From NCBI GenBank assembly GCA_043228905.1, contig JBHGNT010000014.1, forward strand, positions 16,244,001 through 16,308,000: a DNA stretch of 64,000 nt. Reading direction: 5' to 3'. The notes below the pieces were generated by a model that was not told the DNA's origin, made no database searches, and saw only the letters and a list, made by a program, of their open reading frames with translations. Position numbers and translations under genes: made by a program. Position 1 is the stretch's first letter. Each line of letters opens with the position of its first letter. The DNA comes from Azolla caroliniana. Lineage: Eukaryota > Plantae > Polypodiophyta. This document shows positions 11,216-21,779 of the stretch, piece by piece.

Positions 11216-11854
11216 TGTCGTGAAGAAAACCGTCCACAAGCAGAATCGGTGCACCGGAGCGTAGGAACCGGCTCTTCATGCACGTGCGCCTTATGTTGTA
11301 CATAGGAGATCCTAGGCAGGTAGATTCGGTAGGTAGGAAGTAAAGGGGAAACAGCTCCATCCTCGCCTATAAAAGGAGGGAGACGAGGAGGAGGAAGGGA
11401 TCGCGGAGAGTCGAGGACGAAGTGATGTCGGTTTGTGGGCGAAGGCTTCTCTCTCTCTCTGGCTCGCAAACTCCGTGGCTGCCTTCTGTGCAGGTTTCAG
11501 GAGGCTCGCGCTGCTTTGAGGAATGCCCGAGTGCTTCCGGCAGCACCTCCAACCTACTCTTCTCTTCCTGTGCGTTTACGAACAGGCATCGGCATCTGTT
11601 CGCCGGCCTGTTCGGTTGTAACCGACTTTGTGTTTTTGTTGTCTTCGTGTTCTTGTTGTTTGTCTTTGTTAATACATACATACATTCGTGTCTTTCTGTG
11701 TCGCTGTCCCACTTGCGTCTTTGCGTCGAAGGGCCGTGTCCCTGTGGATCTACGCTCGCACGTAGTGGGTCTCTTCTCCTTCCTCTCTTGCTCTTCGGTG
11801 CAGGACCCCCGAGGTCCCGCCTCATTCCATGCATCCGCGAGGAATACCTCGACA
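11216..11854 (+). repeat. 5' LTR of element B
   Basis: TGTCG...CGACA termini; TATAAAA at 11368-11374; direct repeat of 17393-18031. Confidence 0.96.
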
Positions 11855-11857
11855 TCT

Positions 11858-11875
11858 TGGTGAACCCGACGTGAA
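11858..11875 (+). promoter_or_regulatory. Primer-binding site, tRNA-Trp (element B)
   Basis: TGGTGAACCCGACGTGAA, identical to the PBS of A. Confidence 0.85.
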
Positions 11876-11897
11876 GGAGGCGGCAGAAGAGCAGAAG

Positions 11898-14024
11898 ATG
11901 AAAGGGTCGGATCTTGCAGAGGCCATGGCTTCGGCCGTGGATCAGATATTGAGTGCATGCGAGGGCACCGGCGCCCTCGACAGAGCCATTGAGGCGGTCG
12001 TCGGTACGATTGGCCGGTTCAGCGGAAAGGATGCCACGAAGTATTTGGCGTCCTACGGGGCAGAAATGCTGATGCGGGACATTCCGGAAGAGAGGCGTCT
12101 TGCCGGGTTTCCTCGAGTGGCGATGCCGAGCATCCATGCGGAGGTGCTCGAGGTGCGGGCGGAGAGCCGTACGTGGGAGGAGTTCGAAGGCCGACTCCTA
12201 GAAAAATATGGGCTGGACGACGCGCTCCGGCTTTCGAAACGGGACTTCATGGAATGGGTGGAGTCCCCCGGCAAGGGAAGAAACGCGACGGCACTCCTCC
12301 GGGAGTTCGAAGAACGCTTTGCGCGCCTTTCGGTGCTTGACCGAACCGTTCTGGATATGAGCCGGGTCCTACTGTTCGTCAAGTCGGTGGACGAGCGGGA
12401 CCAGGACCAAGTCGGCTCCTTGCTGGAAACCGAGGACGGGCTGACAACCGACTGGGCTGCGGTTAAGAGAGTCTGTGGCCGTTTCTATAAACGGCGAGAA
12501 TGGGCTGACAACGGGGCGGCCGGTGCGGGCTCTGTCACAGCAAGGAGGCTTGAACCGGCACCGCAAGTGCGAAGGGAAGAAACCCGGGAATGGCTCGAAA
12601 CCGGTTCGGCTTCGACCGGCATGGTCAATGGCTCGTCCGGAGGAGCAGCGCTGGAGGAGTTGACGCGGGCGATAAAGGATCTCCAGATCGCCCAGACTCG
12701 AAGGGAAGGCGGCGAACCGGCTCGTGACCGACGGCCGGCAGCGGGGAACAAGTGCATGTGTTGTGACGAGGTTGGCCACATTCGGAAGAACTACGGCGAT
12801 TTCGCAGAGGCGTTGAGGAACCGGGTGGTGTACCTATGGGAAGGCCGGGTGCACGCCGACGACACCAGGAGGGCCCTGAACCGAAACGACAGGCGAGGAG
12901 GAATGAAGAGACTGATGGAAGAGGCAGCGGCCCGACACGTGGAGGCCATCCACTACTCGGCGTCGGCCGGCATTCGAGTCGGGGGCAGCGAGGCCCGAAA
13001 GGAGGGCAAAGACAGATTCTGGTCGGCAATGCTGGAAGGTCTTGCCGGCGCACGGCTAAGGAAAGATGAAACGGACCGCGCTGAGAGACGGGTCCGGGAA
13101 ATAACCGGGTGGAGCGATCCGGTCGAGGAGAAGACGGGCTTTGTAGAAGCCGCCTGCCGGAACTACGAGGCTCTGGTTGAAGACAAACGGGTGGGGAAAG
13201 CCGGAGCGGCCGGGCCCTCACAACGGTACGAGACCCGATTCGGGCAACGACGGAACGATGCCGGTGGGTCCAGCCCGCAAGATAACCCCAGGAAGGGCGG
13301 ATACCGACTGGGGACGGAAATAGAAAGGACTACGGACCTACGAAAGGTCCTAGAAGAACGGATCCTCGACAACAAAGTGGATCTGTCATTGCGAGAGGTG
13401 CTAGGGATCGCCAAGAAGGAGTTCCACGACTCCATTGTGGACCTGGTGAAACGGAAGAGGCTGTCGACGGAGACGGAACCGGAAAGACCGGTGGAGGTGC
13501 GGACGACGCACATCGACGACATGGCGCTAGAAGATGAGTGGGCGGAGAGCCACTATTCAAGGCCGCACTGGGCCCGAGCGACCACGGAGACCCCGGTAAA
13601 GATCGGAGATGTTCAGGAACCGGTGGTGGCATTGGTGGACCACGGTTCGGAAATAAACCTAATGTCCATGGACTTCTATAAGAAGGGAAAGTGGTCGATC
13701 AACACAAAGCACGGGTGGAAGATACGGGCGGCGACGCGCGCCACCGAGGAACTGCACGGGGCCTGCCCGAACGTGCGAGTCAAGATCGGCGACGTCGAGA
13801 TTGACCAGCACTTCTTCGTACAGGAGACGTCCTCGCACCCGGTCATATTAGGGGAACCATACATCACGGCGGTGCAAATGGAGACCAAGGTGCTGGACAA
13901 CGGTTCGGCCTACGCGAGGGTCAAAAGCCAGGACGGGCGCCATTCGGTGCAATTTCTGACGGTGCGGCTGAACCACGAGAGAAACCGCGAATCCCTCGGT
14001 GGCGAGAACCGGGAGGATTTTTAG
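11898..14024 (+). CDS. Element B Gag-protease polyprotein
   Basis: Open frame collinear with A 3440-5566; start MKGSDLAE matches A. Knuckle damaged (CMCCDEVGHIRKNY); PR motif ALVDHGSE. Confidence 0.88.
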   Translation: MKGSDLAEAMASAVDQILSACEGTGALDRAIEAVVGTIGRFSGKDATKYLASYGAEMLMRDIPEERRLAGFPRVAMPSIHAEVLEVRAESRTWEEFEGRLLEKYGLDDALRLSKRDFMEWVESPGKGRNATALLREFEERFARLSVLDRTVLDMSRVLLFVKSVDERDQDQVGSLLETEDGLTTDWAAVKRVCGRFYKRREWADNGAAGAGSVTARRLEPAPQVRREETREWLETGSASTGMVNGSSGGAALEELTRAIKDLQIAQTRREGGEPARDRRPAAGNKCMCCDEVGHIRKNYGDFAEALRNRVVYLWEGRVHADDTRRALNRNDRRGGMKRLMEEAAARHVEAIHYSASAGIRVGGSEARKEGKDRFWSAMLEGLAGARLRKDETDRAERRVREITGWSDPVEEKTGFVEAACRNYEALVEDKRVGKAGAAGPSQRYETRFGQRRNDAGGSSPQDNPRKGGYRLGTEIERTTDLRKVLEERILDNKVDLSLREVLGIAKKEFHDSIVDLVKRKRLSTETEPERPVEVRTTHIDDMALEDEWAESHYSRPHWARATTETPVKIGDVQEPVVALVDHGSEINLMSMDFYKKGKWSINTKHGWKIRAATRATEELHGACPNVRVKIGDVEIDQHFFVQETSSHPVILGEPYITAVQMETKVLDNGSAYARVKSQDGRHSVQFLTVRLNHERNRESLGGENREDF

Positions 14025-17000
14025 AGAGGGCTGCCAAGGCGTGGGGCCGAGACAGTCCGGACACTCAGGAAAGACCCCACGACTGTACGATAGAACCGAA
14101 ACCAAAGGAACCCTGTACGATAGGTAGGAAATTTTGCTTCTCCAACAACGGAGGGTGTATGATAGTCGGCATCGTCGTCCGAGAAAAGACAAGGGCGGAA
14201 GTGCGACTTCGAGCGTGCGGAGTTCTCGGCCCGGACGAGGAAATCAGCGGAGCCGTAGAGGCGGTCTCCTTCGACGACACCTTGGGGATGTTAAGAAAGG
14301 TAGCCGGAGAAGACCTTAACGATGATCGGACGATACCGGTATGTTCCGAAGAGATGTACGAAGTCATCGCGGACTTCAGTCAGGGGCTCGAGTCGGATCG
14401 GATGGCCCGAGTTAGCGCAAAGTACAAGACTGTGGACCGGAAGGTAGGGCCGGTCGCGGCACCCTTACCGGAGGGCAGCGAGTCCCGAATCAGAGGGGTG
14501 GCGTCGGACCCCAGTTTACGAGATCCAGCCTGCATAGGACACACCTTCACCGACGGGACGCTCCGGGAGCTCAAGATCGGTGGGGGCGGGTTCCTACTGC
14601 CGGCAGAGGAAGACCAGTTTCGGAGAATGCTCGGAAGGCATGGGAAAGCCTTTGCCTTCTCACCGGAAGAGATCGGGTGCGTAGACCCGACGATCGTGGA
14701 GCCGATGGTGATATTCACGGTACCGCATGTGTCGTGGAATCTCAAGCCGATTCCGGTACCGAGAGCTCACATCCCGAAGTTGATGGAGCTATTGAGGCAG
14801 AAAGTAGATATGGGCATTCTCGAACCGTCGAGTGCCCCATACTCGAACCGATGGTTTACCGTACCAAAGAAAAACGGAACGATGCGCTTCATCCAGGACC
14901 TACAGCCGGTCAACAGAGTGACCATTCGGAACGTAGGAATCGGACCGACCATAGACAAGTTCGCGGAGGCCTTCGCCGGAAGGTCGATTTACTCGGTCGG
15001 TGATCTGTACTCGGGGTACAACCAGTTCCAGCTAGCCGTGGAGAGCAGAGACATTACGACGATGCGAACTCCCCTCGGCCTAGTGCGAATGTGTACCCTG
15101 CCACAAGGAGGGACCAACTCGGTGGCCCACATGGTGAATGCAATGAACAAGGTATTGAGGGATTGCATCCCAGACATCACCATGCCGTTTCTGGACGACA
15201 TCCCGATAAAGGGGTGCCCGGTGGAAGAAAAGGACGAGACAGTCGGGCCGGACGGATGCCGGCGATTCGTGGCAACACACATCGACGACTGTGAGAAGGT
15301 GCTACAAAGGCTAGAGGATGCGAGGCTCACCTTCTCCGGGGAGAAATCGGCCTTCGGGCAATCGGAAATCCTGGTGGTCGGACACATGTGTGGACCGTAT
15401 GGCCGGAAGCCGTCTCCGGCAAAAGTAGAAGCCATCTCCGCAATGAAGACCGGTTGTAGCTCGGTTACGGAAGTTCAGAGGTTCCTGGGGGCATGCGCAT
15501 TCTACCACATACGCCCACGTTGCGGAGCCGCTATACGGGTTGCTAAAGAAAGGGCGAAAATTTGAGTGGCGAGACGAGCACACGAAGTCGGTCCGGAAGC
15601 TAAAGGAAGCTCTTGCGGCAGCACCGACGCTCCGAAAGGCTGTCTACGGGAAGGGTACCCCGGTATACATAACGGTAGATACGAGCCCGACCGGGATCGG
15701 ATGGGTCGTCAACCAAGAAGACGAGGACGGCACCCGGTTCCCGATCCGATTCGGCGCAAAGGTCCTCAGTGAGCGACAGCGAGGGTACGCCCAGGTTAAA
15801 CGCGAACTCTGGGGTATCGTTTCGGCAGTAAAGGCCGACAAAGACTACCTGATCGGGACAGAAGTGATTATCGAGACGGCATGGTTTCGGAGGACGAAGA
15901 AGTCGGCGTGGACTTCTTCGAGGCGGCGTACGTGACGACCGATGGGACGAGCACTCCGGCACTTAACGACTTCGTCGAGAGCAAGTACGACGGCGAGTGG
16001 CTCCAGATCGGTGGATTTCTGAGGACAATGACGCCGGATGCATCATGGACGAAGGACGAGGCCAACGGGATCCGGAAGAAAGCTTACCGATTCTTTCTCC
16101 GAGACGGATACTTATGGAAGCACCCAAAGAAGAGGAACGGCGTCCCGCTCCGGGTGGTGGCGATGAAGGAAGAACAGGAGGAGCTACTGACGGCCTACCA
16201 TGACAGCCCTTGGGCTGGACACTGTGGAACGTGGGCCACGTTCGAGAAGATAAAGGGGAAGTACTGGTGGCCGGGACTGTACCGGGACGTGCATCGGTTC
16301 GTGACAACTTCCGAGAGCTGTCAGATGCACTCCATAGTCCGACATCGGGACGGGCTTCACCCTACGTACCCTCCGACCATCCACTTCAAATGGATGGTAG
16401 ACCTGGTAACGATGCCGATGGGAGTAGGACAGATGCGGTATCTGGTCCTGGTTCGGGAAGATCTGATGAACCAGGTGGAAGGCCGGGCCGTATGTCGTAT
16501 GTCGGTTCTTGATCGAGGACGTGATATGCCGGTACGGGTGCGTCGGGAAGATCGTGGCTGATCGCGGGGAGTTGGACGCCGAAGAGGCCGAGGAGCTGTT
16601 CGACCGGCTAGGAGTCAAGCTCTCGCTTACCACTGCGTACAATCCGGAGGCGAATGGGAAGGTGGAGCGCGGACATGGACCGATCGTCAAGGCATTAGTT
16701 CGGGCATACGAAGGTCAAGTCGGGAACTGCCCGCGGCTGTTGCCTTACGCATTGTGGGCGGACCGAACTACGCACAGTTCGGTAACCGGATTCATGCCGG
16801 CAGAGCTCATGTTTGGGCAGAAGCCGATCATGCCGATGGAACGTACGATCTCCTCATGGGCAACCTGTAGACTGGAGAGACGAGATGAGCCGGGAGGAAC
16901 TGTTGGCGGCGCGCATACGACAGCTCGAGCGAAGACCGGAGGACGTGGAGCAGGCCGCGGGGAAGCTTCGGGTGGCAAGGACGAGGAACAAAGTCCGGTT

Positions 17001-17319
17001 CGACCGAACGCACCGGCTCCGACCGAAGAAGATCGAGGAAGGCGACTGGGTGCTAGTCTACGACAGCAGCCTCGACAACCAGCGCCGAGCGACACGGAAG
17101 TTCGCAAGAAGGTGGTTCGGGCCTTACGTGGTACAAAGCGCCAACGACAACGGGACGTACCATCTGGCGGAACTCGACGGCACGAGAATGGCGATACCGA
17201 TAGCTGGGAAGCGGATCAAAGCGTTCAAGAAGTGTCACGACGACGAGCCGGATCCGGATAACCTGAACCGGGATGATGAACGATCCGAAACCGAAGAAGA
17301 ACCGACGGGCCGGGAATAA
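14015..17319 (+). pseudogene. Element B pol (RT-RH-INT), -1 frame, disrupted
   Basis: Open from the slippery site through RT (FLDD). Relative to A there are deletions near 15510, 15878 and 16490 and a +1 insertion near 16865. Confidence 0.92.
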
Positions 17320-17392
17320 AGGCTGGACCGGTTTTCTCCATCCCAACTCAATTTGGCGCATGCCGGTGGATGCGCGGTTAGGTGGGAGCGGA

Positions 17393-18031
17393 TGTCGTGA
17401 AGAAAATCATCCACAAGCGAAATCGGTGCACCAGAGCGTAGGAACCGGCTCTTCATGCACGTGCACCTTATGTTGTACATAGGAGATCCTAGGCAGGTAG
17501 ATTCGGTAGGTAGGAAGTAAAGGGGAAACGGCTCCTGCCTTGCCTATAAAAGGAGGGAGACGAGGAGGAGGAAGGGATCGCGGAGAGTCGAGGACGAAGT
17601 GCTGTCGGTTTGTGGGCGAAGGCTTCTCTCTCTCTCTGGCTCGCAAACTCCGTGGCTGCTTTCTGTGCAGGTTTCGGGAGGCTTGCGCTGCTCTGAGGAA
17701 TGCCCGAGTGCTTCCGGCAGCACCTCCAACCTACTCTTCTCTTCCTGTGCGTTTACGAACAGGCATCGGCATCTGTTCGCCGGCCTGTTCGGTTGTAACC
17801 GACTTTGTGTTTTTGTTATCTTCGTGTTCTTGTTGTTTGTCTTTGTTAATACATACATACATTCGTGTCTTTCTGTGTCGCTGTCCCACTTGCGTCTTTG
17901 CGTCGAAGGGCCGTGTCCCTGTGGATCTACGCTCGCACGTAGTGGGTCTCTTCTCCTTCCTCTCTTGCTCTTCGGTGCAGGACCCCCGAGGTTCCGCCTC
18001 ATTCCACGCATCCGCGAGGAATACCTCGACA
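17393..18031 (+). repeat. 3' LTR of element B
   Basis: 639 bp; 18 substitutions versus the 5' LTR by hand count. Confidence 0.96.
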
Positions 18032-18619
18032 ACGGACTATCGGCAATTGAAATACCATGATGGATTACTCTTCTTTAAAGAACTTTTGTATGTTCCTAAT
18101 GGTTCTTGCCGCCTTCAAGTAGTACAAAATTGTCATGACACATATACAACTAGGCATTTTGGTAGTACTAAAACATTAGATTTAGTACAACGATCATTCT
18201 GGTTGCCCCGTATGAGACAATTTGTCGAAGATTTTGTTCGGACTTGTGACACATGCTGCAGAGCGAAAATGCCAAGGCATCATCCATATGGTTTATTAGA
18301 ACCATTACCAATTCCAAGCAACCCGTGGCAATCCATTGCTCTAGACTTCATCACAGATCTTCCAGTCTCTAAGGGGTTCAATGCAATTCTAACGGTGGTA
18401 GATCGATATACGAAGATGGCTCATTTTTTGCCATGTACTAAGGAAATCTCCAGTGAAGACACCGCCGAAATTGTCATGCGTGAAGTATGTCGGCATCATG
18501 GACTTCCCGATAGTATCGTTAGCGACCGTTCCCGATAGACTTCCATCATCAATATCCAGACAAACCGGGTCCTCAATCCAAAACGACTCGTTACACTCGT
18601 CGTTTTAAAGGGGGGATAG
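18032..18619 (+). pseudogene. Element C integrase, N-terminal half joined by a deletion to the chromodomain tail
   Basis: HD...HFG...CDTC zinc finger, PWQSIALDFITDLP, IVSDR, then an abrupt jump near 18530 to FHHQYPDKP and the PPT. Confidence 0.88.
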
Positions 18620-19053
18620 TGTCATGATATGGCAAGACTCGAACCCATGACCTTATGCTACATGGGTCGAGCTCTTGACCATTAGACCATACATTGTAAT
18701 ACGTAGAATATTATTTTCATTTAGTTTTATTATAGAAAATTGATGTATATTCCAGATTTCTCTGGAACATTCTAGAAATTTCAGGAGTATTCCTTAGAAC
18801 ACTATAAAAGGAGGCACGAGGCATTATTTCGAACCAAATCGGTTCAACGCCAGTCTTAAGCCTCCTAGCTACTACTATACATTCTCTTGACATAATATAT
18901 ATATTTTCTTATCATCTATCTCTCTCTCTCTCTCGATCTCTCTCTCCCTCCCTCTCACTCACTCTTTCCTTCTCTCGAGAGTTCTTCACCTCTCTTAGTA
19001 CTAATACTTCTTTTAGTACTAATTCCTTCTCTGTCTTAGTACTGTTCCTGACA
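18620..19053 (+). repeat. 3' LTR of element C (434 bp)
   Basis: Follows the PPT, ends CCTGACA, followed by TSD CCTTT. Confidence 0.95.
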
Positions 19054-21694
19054 CCTTTCTCATGTAGACATAATGATGGGCCATATATTCATTATACTTG
19101 TACCGCATCACGGGGTCTGGCGGGTAGATCAACGTAACTTTTGATTCGTCGATTTTAAGGCCCTCTTAGCCGACTCGGCTTCGCTTTCGAAGGTATGTCT
19201 TCATTCTTTCCGGTGTCGGACTCGTTCCAATCCGACTCTTCCTTGTCAATGTCGTATTCTAGCATCTTCTTCTTCTCTTTGCGCGTGAGCAGTCTCCTTG
19301 GTTCCTTGTGCGGGTAGTGCACAGCCAAGTCATCACTACTCGTCGACTCTTTGTTTGACTGGTCGTTCCGAGTTAGTCCCTCATTCAGCCCGCTTAGCTA
19401 GAATGAGATCCAACTCTCCTCCAAAGTACTGATATCCTCCTCCTCTTCTTCTTCTTCCTAAATCATGTCGAGTTAACTGGTCTCATCTTCAGTGATCGAG
19501 TGATCGGAGTTGTCGGGGTTCGGAGTCAAAGTCGGTAGAGAGTACCATGATGCTGACTCGTTGAATTCAACATCTCGGCTTACTCGAACTTGTTTGGTTC
19601 GGGGGTTATAACACTTATACCCCTTCTATTCACGTGAGTAGCCAACCAATATGCACTTCTCCGACTTCGGGTCTAGCTTCCTTCGCTTCTCATCGGGCAC
19701 ATGCACATATGTAATACTCCCAAATACTCTCAAGTGTCGTATGTTTGGCTTCCTCCCGAAATATAACTCATGAGCCGACACCTTATATCCGATCCGATTT
19801 TGGATGTAAAGCGCGGTCCAAACCGCTTCAACCTAGTAAACCTTGGGCATGCTCTTCTCTTCAGCATTGCCCATGCTGCTTCGACAATCGACCGGTTCTT
19901 CCTTCTAGCTACGCCATTCTGCTCCGGCATATATCTACAACTAATTTCTCTCCGAATTCCATATGTTGTAGATAACAGTTGAACTGGCCAGAAAGTATTC
20001 TTTCCCGCCATATGACCGCAGACACTTTAAATTTCTCTATGTTTCCCTTTGGACAAAACTTTTTAGGTTCCGGAAACAATCGATGAAGGAGACGAAATAT
20101 TAGCTCTCGCCTAGGCTCACGTTCTGTGCCGGTCCCGATACATCCAAATGTATCAAGTCGAGCTTGTTCCGGCTTTAGTTATGCACATTAGGGAATGGAA
20201 GTCGGTGTTGCTTCCCAACCTAGCAAGCTTCACAAATCTGGGCCTTCCGGCCACTGAACTTTGGCAAGTTGAACACGACCTATTTCTACTACATCTCCTA
20301 AAGCCTTTGGTAGTTGACGTGACCGATCTGCTTGTGCCACAAATCGATGTCCGACTCGACTTTTTATCCTTTGGCAAACATAACGGTGCCCTTGTTCGAC
20401 AATCTGGCCCTCTTCCTCGATGAAGCACCCGAGGTGGGTGAATCGAACTTCCATTCCTTGGGCGACGATCAGTTCGACCAACACCAAGTTCTAAGTAATT
20501 GTCCGGACGTGCAACACATTCATGAGTCTCCCCTTTTGTCTGACATGGCTAAGAGGGGCTTCGCTGACATGTTCGATTGGGTGTGGAGTGTCATCTCTAG
20601 TTTCAACCACTCCTGGTTGCTCCGATTTCTCTAAATACGAGAACCACTCTTCATGGCTTGTCATGTGATTTGATGCTCTGGAGTCAACGTACCACACCTC
20701 ATCCGATTGTGAGGTGGTCTTCTTCATCGAATTTTCCTTGTGTTTCATCACGAAGGTTGGCCCTTTCCCGGTTTTGGGACCTTCGGCGTAGTGTGATTGC
20801 TATTGGTTCCCTTGTCCAGCTCTACCAGATCTGGATTTGTCTGAATCAACCTTCTTCTTCTAGCACTCGCTCTCATGATGACCCTTCCGGCCACAATACC
20901 AACATTCTGTTTCAGCCTTTGCTTGCCAGTTTCCAACACCGCCTTGACTCCCCCAGCTTATGGAGGGTCCGGAACTACAATCGGCACTACCTCTGTGCCT
21001 TGTTTCCTACTCTTGTCGGCTTCTATCATTGCATGTCAATCCACCTCATCCTCCACGCCCAGGGGGGCAATCCCCGTCCGTGTACAACATCCATTGTCTG
21101 ATTTTCAGTGGTCCTCAACCCACTTGCGTGGTTTTCCTTGACCATTAGCATCGATTGCAGGTCGAAGAAAGACGGTGGCTGCTCTCGTGTGCAAATAGCC
21201 GTCCGGATTGGCATATACCTTTGTGCTAGACCACCAAGACAGATCTGCGCCATTTTGTCCTTGTCCACCGTCACGTTGATGGACCCTAATGCATCGCGTA
21301 TCTCTTTGATCTTTGTGGTTTAGTCAGTAACCGTCACACCCCTCTGTCAGATATTGTTGAGCTCTTGCCGGAGCTGCAACTTCTTGGTCGTGGTACTTGT
21401 GGCAAAACTTTTCTTCAGATTTTCCCAAGCCTCCTTCGGTGTCTTCGCATCTATGATGTAGCCCATCATCTGGTCGTGCACACGGGACGCAAGGCAGTGT
21501 AACACTATGCTTACTACTTGTTCCCACAACGGGAAGTCCTTGTGTGCCGGTTTCGACACTACGTAATTTGCTCCTTCCACATAACTCCAGTAGTTGTGCC
21601 CCAACAGGTATTGGTGCATCTTGTACAACCAAGATGCATATTTGCTACGGTCGAGCTTTTCTATAGGAAGTGAGCTTGTCATGCTTCTGTCCAT
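19054..21694 (-). pseudogene. Copia gag-protease-integrase (element D), degenerate
   Basis: MDRSMTSSLPIEKLDRSKYASW (gag), CWYCGRKGH knuckle near 20890, WYVDSRASNHMT (PR), PEQNGVARRKNR (INT). Confidence 0.92.
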
Positions 21695-21766
21695 TTCTCT
21701 CTTCTTTCTTTGTTCTTACAGGGTGTTAGGTCTTGGTTTTTCTGAACGCTTTGTCGGCGGCAGAGG

Positions 21767-21779
21767 AGCTCTGATACCA
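21767..21779 (-). promoter_or_regulatory. PBS, initiator tRNA-Met (element D)
   Basis: TGGTATCAGAGCT directly after the LTR end ...TTTACA. Confidence 0.92.

Larger units (their letters stand above)
11216..18031 (+). mobile_element. Element B: LTR-to-LTR Ty3/gypsy element of the same family as A; pol degenerate
   Basis: 639-bp LTRs at both ends and 4-bp TSD ACGG (11212-11215 / 18032-18035). Excision restores C pol QPPGTDYRQLK in frame. Trp PBS; PPT AGGTGGGAGCGGA at 17380-17392. Confidence 0.96.
7380..19053 (+). mobile_element. Element C: chromovirus-like (Tcn1/Tf1-type) Ty3/gypsy element, internally deleted, interrupted by B
   Basis: Paired LTRs TGTCA...TGACA, 5-bp TSD CCTTT (7375-7379 / 19054-19058), PPT AAAGGGGGGATAG (18607-18619). 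Gag PAKFDG, PR LLDSGA, RT YLDD, and a chromodomain-tail-like FHHQYPDKP remnant near 18540. Confidence 0.93.

Noticed and set aside
33-17480. Many 100-300 aa antisense and off-frame ORFs over elements A and B (e.g. 2725-3501, 3997-4839, 1684-2619)
   Set aside because: Shadow ORFs expected from GC-rich coding DNA with few off-frame stops; no recognisable domains, and boundaries often differ between A and B.
17540-18538. 332-aa ORF appearing to fuse a novel N-terminus to an integrase
   Set aside because: Chance read-through from B's 3' LTR into the interrupted integrase of C.
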